From Chiloscyllium plagiosum (Eukaryota), in NCBI RefSeq assembly GCF_004010195.1, contig NC_057718.1:41201208-41263207 (forward strand): a stretch of DNA of 62,000 nucleotides, in the 5' to 3' direction. Made by a program: the position numbers and the translations under genes. Numbering within the stretch: position 1 is the first letter of the stretch; the number at the start of each line of letters is the position of its first letter. Positions 51,135-62,000 of the stretch are shown piece after piece. The notes beneath the pieces were generated by a model. The model had not been told where the DNA came from. It saw only the letters and a list, made by a program, of their open reading frames with translations, and ran no database searches.

Positions 51135-52110
51135 TCTTTGCAGATGACACCAAAATTGGAGGTGTAGTGGACAGTGTAGAAAGTAACCTCAGTGTTCAAG
51201 GGGCCTTGATCAGATGGGCCAATGGGCTGAGGTGTGGCAGATGGAGTTTAATTTAGATAAATGTGAGATGCTGCATTTTTGAAAGACAAATCAGGACATG
51301 ACTTATACAATTAATGATAAGGGAGTGTTGCTGAGCAAAGAGACTTTGGAGTGCAGGTTCATAGTTCCTTGAAAGTGGAGTTGCAAGTAGACAAGACACT
51401 GAAGAAAGCATTGGAAGATTAGATTCCCTACAGTGTGGAAACAGGCCCTTCGGCCCAACAAGTCCACACTGATCTATGCTTTAGGTTAGGTATATTTGCC
51501 TTTATTGGCCAGAGTATTGAGTACAGGAGTTGGGAGTTCATGTTGCAGAGGTACAGGGTATTGGTTAGGCCATTTTCAGAGTACTGTGTGCAATTCTGGT
51601 TTCCCTCCTATCAAAAGGATTTTGTGAAACTTGAAATGGTTCAGCAAAGATTTACAAGGCTATTACTAGGGTTGGAGGGTTTAAGCTATAGAGAAAGGCT
51701 GAATAGGCTGGGGCTATTTTCCTTGGAGTGTTGGAGGCTGATGGGTGACCTTATAGAGCTTTTTGAAATCACGAAGATGATAGGGTACATTTCCCTGGAG
51801 TGGGGAGTCCAAAACTAGAGGGCATAGGTTTCAGGTGAGAGGGGAAAGATTTAAAAGGGACCTAAGGCACAACATTTTCACACAGAGGGTGGTGCGTGTA
51901 TGGAATGAGCTGCCAGAGGAAGTGATGGAGGCTAGTCTAATTACAACATTTAAAAGGCATCTGGATGGGTATATGGATAGGAAGGATTTGGAGGAATATG
52001 GGCCGAGTGTTGGCAAATGGGACTAGATTAGGTTTGGATATCTGGTCGGCATGGACGAGATGGACTGAAGGGTCTGTTTCTGTGTTGTACGTCTCTATGA
52101 CCCTATAACT
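51135..52110 (+). mobile_element. CR1/HER1 3' fragment with an inverted HE1 3'-end insert (~51416-51472)
   Basis: TTTGCAGATGACACCAAAATTGG (FADDTKIG) through to the tail. Insert AGATTAGATTCCCTACAGTGTGGAAACAGG. Confidence 0.88.
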
Positions 52111-55100
52111 CTCAGATGCAGAGGAAGACCCTAACTTTGTTCTGGTGCCTCTCAGCTGGCGAGTTCTTTGGAAGACAAAAATTGTCTTCCTGAACCTGTG
52201 TGAACACTAGTCATCATACACACTGCAATGTGCCCTGTGGAGTGACCCTCCCTGTCCTGCTGTGACTCACCAATCTCCAGCATCATATTGTGCTCAGACA
52301 GTGACTGGGAGCAGCCTTTGAAACTGGGGGTTGAATGCTGCTGCTGCAGTACTGCTGAATGAGTTAAAATCTCCAGCACAGCCTGCACTTCTCAAAGCAG
52401 GTCAGGCATGTCCAGGGAGTGAGACAGGGAGAGATGAACACAGAAATTAACATAGACAAAGAGTGAAAGAGAAATATACACACAAAGACAGAGAGAAGTG
52501 AATGTAATTCCCCAGTGGTTCTGCTGAATACAGGCTTCTGCAATTAACACTGAGCAGGGCAGGCTGCTCAGATCAGCAGCCACTGAAATTACTGCTCCTG
52601 TTTAGAATGCAGCAACAGGGGCTAAGAGAATTTGACAACATTGCCCCACATTTGGCCAGGCCCATAAAGGCACAATAATGGCTGGATTTTTACAAAGATG
52701 ATGATTTTCTCTGTGCAGGATGCCAAAAGGATGGTACTGTTTGCACCTTTGCATTGATCTGTGCAGTCAGCTAAATGACTGGGGGAAGGGAACATTAGCT
52801 GAAATCTTTTTAATTGAAACATCAGTGGTTGCAGCACTGTAATTCCCATATAATAATATAATAACAGTAATTGTCACTTTTTCACCTCTTTCAACTATAA
52901 TGATCACAATTAAAAGTGGGCAGATCTAGGATTGTGTTAATTAAAAAGAACATTAAAAATTTCATGTCGCAGCGCCACAATTTGGGCAGGGTGATTGGTT
53001 CAATGGATCCAGGCAAACATTGGCAAGTCGGAACACTGTGCCTTTATGGGGAAGTCTGACGATCTACAAAGCACAAGTCCTGGTGCTTGCAGGTAAGCCT
53101 GATCATCATTATAGCAGCATGGAGCAATTACTAACAGATTGGTTACAATTCTTGTGCATTCCATTTCCAGGTCAACTCCACTGAAGATTTGAAGGCAAGA
53201 AAAGGCTGAATTACAGCCTGCTGAACTGTGCCATGTGGGCTAGCTGTATGGAGTCAGACCATGCTGATTATGCAGTATGCAATGAGGGCCACTGGTGCAA
53301 CCAGATGAGATGCTTGGGCCTCTCATTCGTATTTTGAAAATATTACAAATTCGAGGTGCAGCATTGCAGGACAGCAGAGACAAAATATGCGAATGTCACA
53401 TGCTGCACAGTACTCACTTCAGTGCCTCAAATGCAACCTTCGATTCCTGTGTTAAAGAAAGACAAGAGTGATTGGACAGAGACCACCAGAAAGAAACATT
53501 TGCCGAGCCTGATGGACATTCTCAAAGCAGCTGTACTCCAGAGTCCAACGTCTGATCCCTGCACAATGTAGTTTCTTTGTTGTCAAGTGCATGTTAATAT
53601 GGTTTCTTGCTTCAGATCAAAGTGCAGTATCCAGGTAGGAACAGACTAAAGATTTTCATTTAGTTGCAGCACTGCTACCATAGACCAGCTGTGGATCTTG
53701 TGAGATCAGACCAACCAGATTGTTGCAGAGACATATGCCACCATCAAGTGGTGCCCAATGCCCATAGTCACCCCCTATATCTCCATCGAAAGGCTAGTAA
53801 TTATCCTTACATTACACCAAGTTACAGTTTCTGATGCACCTTTAGTATGATACAGGTGGGATGTTAAGGATAGAACTGTCTAGTTGGTCCTCCAGCTCCA
53901 AAGTATATCATTTCTGTGCATATACTCTATACCAATTCAGTGTGCACAATTTCCAGACTTCAGAGGTAGATAACTAAGATGGCTCTCACCCCAGCAATTG
54001 GAACTGTAGGGTGGCAAGGAGATTACAAATCAGCATTGGGAGAATACTCTTAGCTCAAACATTTGTGAAGAATCTGTTTGCTACTGAATGAAGCTCAGAG
54101 ACACTTATGGTACAAATCCATCTATGGGAGAGAATGTGCCAACTTTGTCAATACAATCTTCCCCAGCCATAACGTACTTTCTCCAGTTAAGCTTTTCCAG
54201 TTAAAAATAAGCTCATCACAGACAAGTAATTTTTAATTACGCACTCACTTACATGCCCTTGATACCTTAAACAGCACCTTTGATCAATATTTGAGCTCTG
54301 AGTATCACACCCTTGTGGTGAATTTGATATATTCACAGCCATTAATTATTCTGCCCTCTTTTCTCCCCATCTATTGCTCGCTTTGACCCCCACTATTGCT
54401 CTAAGGTGATGAAAGAGTGTACAAGGAGAAAGCCTGGGCCCACAGTTGTATCTTGGAGAATGAGGTTAGAAAAGGCAGGCTAGTGAGACTTGGTTTAGGG
54501 GGTTGTTGTAGCTCCTTTTGATATTTTCTACTCTCGGCATTGTCTGTTTTATATTGGCTGTGCACTCTCATTTACATTCTCAATAAAATATCTTTCAGAC
54601 ACTTCAATGAGTGCCACATTGGTGCTGCTACATATATCCCCAGCAGTACAAACATCCACCCATATAGACTTTTCTTTCTGGTTCATCAAGAGAACATGGA
54701 GAATCATTCTGAGCAGAACCTGCATTTAGCACCACAAAGAGAAACACTTACTATACACAGACTGGTGCCATAATGTGCTTTCCAGCATGCTGCAGCCGAA
54801 CAGGTGCCTTGCTCAATATGACAAGCTCCTTGACCAACATCACAGTATGCAAAATGAGTACTGGATCCAAGACCAAAATGCTGATCAATGATCAGTGTAC
54901 CTGGTGTAATGACCAGTGCTGCATATGTCACGATCAGTTTGATCTACTTATCCCAAATCCCATAGTGTACTGGTCTTAGTCAAGAATGCTGTCTTATCCC
55001 CACTGGCTGATTTTCATTGGTCTACCTACAGATATTTTCTCAATATTTCATTTTGTATTCTTCTCTCTGTGCACCCATACACCATCTTGTTTTGCTTTAG

Positions 55101-55946
55101 ATCTCATGATGCTACATTCCAAGTTATTTTCCCAGGCTTTTTGACGGTTTCACACCATAACCAACAGCTTGGCATGTGCTATGACTGCACAGGGATGGAA
55201 ATGAAAGATAGAAAAGAACCGAGTGAGAGTTCAAAACCACTTCCTGATATTTCACTGAGTGGAGTTAGCTTAAAGTTGAGATGTCACAGATGCAGGAAAT
55301 GGAGGAGACAAAATATTTATCTTGCATAGTTCTACTATGAGCATCAGCAAACCAGCAGTTCTTGATTTTAGTTCCCATTGGAGAAATATTTAAACATCAA
55401 TAAGATACATCAATCTTCTTAGTTTTACTTCTTTGCCATCCAGTGAAATGTAACTGCAGCAAGACTTGAAAAATATCCAGGATTTGGCTGCTCATGGGAA
55501 GTAATATTTGTGCTCGACATTCAAGTAATGACAATTTTCCACAAGAAAAAGCCTGACTAATTTCCCTGAGTGTGTTCACCACAGTCAACATCCCAGATGA
55601 GCAACTCAACTGAGCCAGTCACAGAAGTGGATGCTGCAGCAGGTGAGAGCATTCCTTGGTGACAGATTCTCCTCTTGACTCCCCAGAACTTCTCAATCTT
55701 TTATAAGGCCTAAATCAGGAGCATGATTGAATGCTGTCCAGTAGGTTGGAGAAACTGCAGTAAAACTCAAGAGGATCAACATCACTAAGGGCAAAGCAAC
55801 TTACTGAACCAACATATCACTCAGTAGCTTAAACATCCACCTCCCTACCACCAGTGGATGTTTAAGCTACAATGTGCAGCATTTATAGCAGGAACTGCAA
55901 TACTCATCAAAATACTCCCCAGACTTGAATTCTGCATCAGCTGGAC

Positions 55947-56430
55947 CTGAAAGGGTTCAGAAAAGATTTACAAAGATGTTGGAGGATTTGAGCGAAAGGG
56001 AGAGGTTGAATTGGCTGGGGCTGTTTTCCCTGGAGCATCGGAAGCTGAGGGGTGACCTTTTAGAGGTTTATAAAATCATGAGGGGCATGGATAGGATAAT
56101 AGACAAAGTCATTTCCCTGTGATGAGGGAGTCCAGGACTCAAGGGCATCGTTTTAAGGTGAGAAGGGAAAGATATAAAAGAGACCTAAGGGGCAACTTTT
56201 TACATGCAAAGGGTGATATGTGTATGGAATGAGCTGCCAGAGGAAGTAGTGGAGGCTGGTACAATTGCAACATTTAAAAGGCATTGGAAGGGTACATGAA
56301 TAGGAAAGGTTTGGAGGGATTTGGGCCAGGTGCTGGCAGGTGGGACTAGATTGGGTTGGATATCTGGTCAGCATGGATAAATTGGACCGAAGGGTCTGTT
56401 TCTGTGCTGTACATCTCGATGACTCTATGG
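55947..56430 (+). mobile_element. CR1/HER1 3' fragment
   Basis: ERVQKRFTK...LRGDLLEVYKIMRG, followed by the 3' tail. Confidence 0.88.
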
Positions 56431-57429
56431 CATGGAGAGAAAGTGCAATGGAATATCACAGCAGCTCAAGGTTCTCCTCCAAGTAATATGTATTTCTGAC
56501 TTGGATATTTAATGTTGTTCTTCCAATGCTTCAGGGTCACATCCCCAGAGCTCTGCACTGTATTTAACCCATGATCACCTCAAGTAATCTGGGTCCACCC
56601 TGACTGCATGGATTGATGAAGCAGCCCTCCATGCCACCCCAAACCCCAACTTCCCGAGTTACAAGGTATAGGCATGAATGATTACCTTGCTAGCAACAGC
56701 CTGTTCCCAAAAATGATTCTTTAAAAAAACATTCATGAGAACACTGTGTTGTGATGCAGTCTAAACCATGTAGTGTTAACTTCCATTTCTAATTCAGATG
56801 CCTCTATTTTCCCTGTAGATTTCCAATATTTTCTGCTTTTATTTTAGGATTTCCAATATATTTTTAAATATATACCACAAAGAAATATGCCAGCCATTTA
56901 GTAACATGCATCTTTTCAAAATCTGTTGAGAAGGCATGCATATAAAACATGAATTTTCCTGGCACTTCATCGTTGCTGAATGCCGCTGACATTATTTGTT
57001 ATGATTTGAAATAACTCTCCAAAAGCATTGGTAATTCCGCTGTCATGACCTTGAAGACAATCTCCAATGGAAAACAAATTGTAAATAAATGGCCTTATTT
57101 GGTATAGAATGTGACCACTTTTGATATTTGTGGCTATCCTTCATGCTCAATCACATTCAATTTTCTACATATGGATTTCTTTATGCTGGACAAATTCGCG
57201 TTTGGGGAAAATGTTCCAAAAAGCCCAGAGGAAAACATTCCTTTGGAGTGTAAATATCATTAGAAAGGCATTAGCATCTCTTTTAATGTGGGTCCATCGG
57301 TAATTGTCACAACTTGTAGTTTGCACTCTGAGCATCTGTTACTGGGTTTCCATTCATAGAAAGGAAAACAGTTGGTTCTATGTCATACACTCTGTTAAGC
57401 CACAATAGATATGTGTATGATTTTTAAAA

Positions 57430-57821
57430 AGTATTATTCAGTCATGGGACAGGAGCATCACTGACTGATCAGCATTTATTGCCTGTCCCTAGCTGTTCTT
57501 GAATTGTTTGGCTTGCTATGCTATTTCAGAGGACAATTGGGAGCCAACCACATTAGTGTGGTCTGGAGTCACATGTAAAGACTCAATCAAGTTAGGATGG
57601 CAGATTTTCTTCTTTAAAGGATATTAATGAGTCAGATTTGATTTCCCTAATTGGCACAGGTTTCGTGATCAGCAGTAGATTCTTAATTCCAGAATATCTT
57701 TTCCTCATTGAATTCAAATTTCATCATCTACCATGGCAGGATTGAAACCCAGGTCTCCAGAACATTAGCTAAGCTTCTGGACTAATAGTCTAGCGATGAT
57801 ACCACTAAGCTATCACTTCCC
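57430..57821 (-). mobile_element. tRNA-derived SINE (non-HE1) sharing its 3' tail with the second LINE family
   Basis: Minus head GGGAAGTGATAGCTTAGTGGTATC...GACCTGGGTTTCAATCCTG (A/B-box-like). Tail CAGCATTTATTGCCTGTCCCTAGCTGTTCTTGAA resembles 8817-8850. Confidence 0.65.
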
Positions 57822-58206
57822 ATTGGGAGACGGTGAGATCTGCAAATGCTGGATTCCTCATGAAGGGCTCTGGCCTAAAACGTCGATTTTCCTGCTCATC
57901 GGAGGCTGTGCTTTTTCAGCAACACGTTCTCAACACTACCACCTCCCTTTGGTTCACAGGTAGCTTTCGAGTCCTACCGCTGATGGCATGAAATTTTGCA
58001 AAATTCTGGTGACCGACGTTGTGCAGTTTTGTAATATAGTCACTACCTTTTTGAATGAGTTTTGGCTTATTACTCTATGATCTACACAGACATGCTTGTG
58101 AACAAATATAAAAAGGTACCAGTAAGAATAATTTTGTCCTTTAGTACTTGGTGGGAGTTGGCGGAACGGATCTCCTATCCTTTATGGAAGCAGGTCAGAA
58201 GTTGCA

Positions 58207-58430
58207 CTACACCAGGTTATAATCCAACAGGTTTATTTAAAATCACAAGCTTTCGGAGCGCTGCTCCTTTCTATATACTCTGCAGCTGTGCACTTCTCTC
58301 CACTTCACCTGATGAAGAAGCAGCGCTCGGAAAGCTTGTGATTTTAAATAAACCTGTTGAGCTATAACCTGGTTGTCATGTGACTTCGGACTTTGTCCAC
58401 CCCAAGTCCAACACTGGCACTTCTGCATCT
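58207..58430. mobile_element. Inverted PLE terminus with hammerhead motif
   Basis: 58209-58270 is the reverse complement of ~58313-58376. TCAC-CTGATGA-AGAAGCAGCGCTCG-GAAA-GCTT-GTGA at 58305-58341. Confidence 0.7.
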
Positions 58431-58967
58431 CAGATTGAGGGCAGAGGTCCTGTGCTCATGTTGGGAGAGGTTGGCAGGGAAGGGTACGGTGGCGCAGGTG
58501 ATCAGTCTTTGGAACACCGCTTAACATGCAGGTACAACCTGTATCTCAGCTATGTACTCTAGACAATATTGACCCTGACCACTCTCAATGGGTATAACTG
58601 AAACAGGTGAAGTTGCAATCAATGCACATTAAATATGAACAGCTGCAAGAGTATAAATAGGCAAGGGAGATATTTTTGGTTCCTCACTCACCAACGAACG
58701 TGTGTAACAAAGCTCAACTCTCTGTTCTATTCTAGATGGTACCAGTCACAGATATATAGACAAGGAAGGATGACAGAGCTAAGTCCACACCACATGAAAG
58801 TGGTGGAGGTGTTCAGTAGAATGCTGATCATGCAGATGTGTTATTGTTGGAAAAACCTAGTTTAAATCAGTCTGTATCTGGCATCCCTTATACATTTCTT
58901 CATGGTCCAGGCACCTATGAAAGGCTCATTCACATTTATTGTGTCCTCCTCTTTCTTCAACTAATAA

Positions 58968-59575
58968 AGTCATAGTATTATAAGACAGAAAGATGCCCTT
59001 TGGTCCATCATGTCTGCACTGGTAATCAAGCACCTATCTCCTTTAATCTTATTCCCCAGTGCTCGGCCCATAGCCTTAAATGCTATGGCATTATTGTTAT
59101 GCTGCTTCCCACCTTTACCACCCTTTCCAGCAGTAAGGGAAATTTCTCTTTAAATTTCCTCTAAACATCCTGCCCATTTCCCTAATCTGTGCCCCTGGTA
59201 CTTGCCCTTGCTACTAAAGGGGAAGCTTTCTCTCTATTGACGCTATCTTTGTCCTTCATAATTTTGTAGGCCTCAGTCAGGTTCCTCTCAGCCATCTCTG
59301 CTACAAGGAAAACAACCTAGCCGAGGTAGTCTTCCTTCAGAACAAAAATGTTTCAATCTCAGCAACATTCTGGTGAACCTCCTCTGCACCCTCTCCAGTG
59401 CAATCACATCCTTCCTATCATGTGATAACCAGAACTGAACACAATACTCTAGTTATGGATAACTGACATCCTGTACATTTCACCATAACCTCCCAGCTGT
59501 TGCATTTTATGCCATGATGAATAACAGCAAGGATCCCATTTGTCTTCTTAATCATTCTACCCACTGCCTCCATCC
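58968..59575 (-). mobile_element. Old CR1 3' fragment
   Basis: CCTCCTCTGCACCCTCTCCAGTGCAATCACATCCTTCC...ACCAGAACTGAACACAATACTC. Confidence 0.75.
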
Positions 59576-60039
59576 TCTGAGGAGGGATAATGTTCCTTCC
59601 CATTGCAACATGTGTCCACGTTGCAGAGACAGGTTACTAAGAGCACAGCAGGCCAGTACTATTTGTCCACTCTCTATGATGCACACTGTGGAGGTTGTTC
59701 AGACTGGATAAGACAATGGAGGATCACCACAGGTCAGCCAAAGGTATACTCTATGATGGCTCTGGTGAAATCAGGATCTTGGTTGTAGACCTTCTCTGTA
59801 TTCCTCTGGGATTACCTCACTAGATCTAAAAGCCACAAATGCCCTTGTCACTGAAGATTCATCCATCACTTTGGGCTGGGTTCCAAAAAACTCTGGGAGC
59901 TAGGAGTTGCACTAGATATTGTGCGATCACAATTTCCTGGGAAATGAGCACACATCTGCGCAAGTCTCTTTGGGTGGTACCCCTATCAGATACATACTCA
60001 AAGAGTGAAAGCTTGGGTCATTCACAAATAACAACAAAG

Positions 60040-61147
60040 AAAATGACAGAACAGGAATAGGCCCTTTGGCCCTCCAAGTCTGCATCAATCCAGATTCTCT
60101 ATCCAAACCTGTTGCCTATTTTCCAAGGATCTGTATCCCTCTGCATTCATGTATCTGTCAGGATACATCTTAAATGACACTATCTCTACCTCTACCACCT
60201 CACACTGGCAATGCATTCCAGACACCAACCACCCTTTGTGTAAAGAACTTTCCACACATATTTCCCTTAAACTTTTTCCCTCTCACCTTGAACTCGTGAC
60301 CCCTAGTAATTGAGTCCCCCATTCTGGAAAAAAGCTTCTTGCTATTCACCCTGTCTATACCTGCTATGATTTTGTAGATCTCAATCAGGTCCCCCTCTCA
60401 ACTTCCATCTTTCTAATGAAAATAATCCTAATCTGCTAAATCTGTCTACGTAGCTAGTGCCGTCTATACCAAGCAACATTCCGGTGAATTTCCTCTGCAT
60501 CCTCTCCAAAGCATTCACATCCTTCTGGTAATGTGGTGACCAGAACTGTACGCAATATTCCAAATGTGGCCGAACCAAAGTCCTATGCAACTGTAACATG
60601 ACCTGCCAACTCTTGTACTCAATACCCCATCCAATGAGGAAAGCATGTCTTCTTGACCACTCTATCGAACTGCGAAGTCACCTTCAAGGTACAAAGGACC
60701 TGAACACCCAGATCACTCTGTACATCAATTTTCCGCACTGCTTTTCCTATAATGCGCTTGAGAATTGGATCTTCCAAAATGCATCACCTCGCATTTGCCT
60801 GGATTGAACTCCATCTGCTATTTCTCCATCCAACTCTCCAATCTATCTATATTCTGTTGCATTCTCTGACAGTCCCCTTCACTATCTGCTACTCCACCAA
60901 TCTTATTGTCATTGCAAACTTGCTAAGCAGTGCACCTACACCTTCCATTAGATCATTTATGTAAATCACAACCAACAGTGGTCCCAGTATGGATCCCTGT
61001 GGAACACCACTAGTCACAGTTCTCCATTTTGAGAAATTCCCTTCCACCACTACTCTCTGTCTCCTGCTGCCCTGTCAGTTCTCTATCCATCTAGCTAACA
61101 CACCCTGGACCCCATGCGACTTCACTTTCTCCATCAGCCTACTTACC
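60040..61147 (-). mobile_element. CR1 RT-to-3' fragment
   Basis: Reverse-strand [11 protein letters not shown] region and LVRPHLEYCVQFWSPHYQKD (ORF 60381..60599). Confidence 0.88.
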
Positions 61148-62000
61148 AAAAGCTGTTGGCTGTTTCTTGGGAGTTCTTAATAGTCTTGCGTGCCATACTG
61201 ACCCCTTGCATTTGGTGCCACTGAGGAATGGCACTTAACACAGCTGACCATGCCATTTGGCTGTCTTCATCAATGGGCAAATTGATGAAGTCAGCATTGC
61301 CAAAACAGACTAGGGCATAGGTTTCTTCTTTTACACGCCCATGTGGCTGTGGCTTGCCAATGACATGGCCTGTTGTACTCTTGTGCAATGATGAGAGCTG
61401 CTGTAACAATGGGCATTGGGCAAGGGATTCCCAACAAGTTCACATTAATGCAGCTCTTATAGAATAATCCCACATATCTCGGTTGCCACTTTCTGGACAT
61501 TCATAAATCATCTCTGGTATTGCATCCCTGACATCTCATGGTAGTTAGTTCTCATCTTCTTTGTTGATGAACCTGTGTCCATTTTCAATGTTGCCTTCCC
61601 TGGATGATTCCATCCTAATCAGAGCCCCTTCTGACACTGCTTGCTCTCTCCTTGCGATCTGTGATGTTGTCCAGTCAGATAGCAGGAATCTCCTTTGTCA
61701 CAACCCCCCCACCCCCACCCCTCCGATGTTGTAGGAAGATCAGGGTTAATGAAACCCATGAATACTGTGGCAGTTATACCAAGTTACGTCATTGAAGTGA
61801 AAACATGTTTGTTCATACAAATAGTGAACTGGAAGCGCCTTAAATCCTCACATGACCCAAAACCTTCATCCAACTCCTGACTCCTCACACTTCTACCTGT
61901 AATTTTTGCAACTGTACTAGCATCATCAGAAAACCACAGACAATAGTACATTTTGCATTCAAAACTCAATCCTGTACCTTCCAATCTCCTGCAAGTTAGC

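Noticed and set aside
54540..55329. Cluster of short Cys-rich ORFs
   Set aside because: No domain pattern, splice consistency or recognisable homology.

Overview
Repeat-dominated, apparently intergenic or intronic vertebrate DNA. HE1-type SINEs and their partner HER1/CR1 LINEs point to an elasmobranch (shark or ray) genome; this is an inference. I found no intact host gene. The window holds many CR1 LINE copies (one near full-length, one with an unbroken ORF1 at the left edge), a second CR1-superfamily LINE with a partner SINE, Penelope-like elements (RT, GIY-YIG, inverted termini, minimal hammerhead motifs), a Tigger-like element, decayed Harbinger transposons and an old LTR element. Two features stand out. 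(1) A ~7 kb pol-less provirus (27817-34873) has paired LTRs, a 5-bp TSD, a tRNA-Asn-like PBS, a PPT, a coiled-coil/PSAP gag remnant and a decayed class-I fusion env laid out like paramyxovirus-F/lokiretrovirus Env. (2) A chimeric retrocopy joins an unprocessed pre-tRNA-Leu(AAG) to a full-length RPS9 mRNA inside one 25-bp TSD; it sits in a solo LTR that is itself inside a CR1. Family assignments come from motif recognition by eye and no database was searched.
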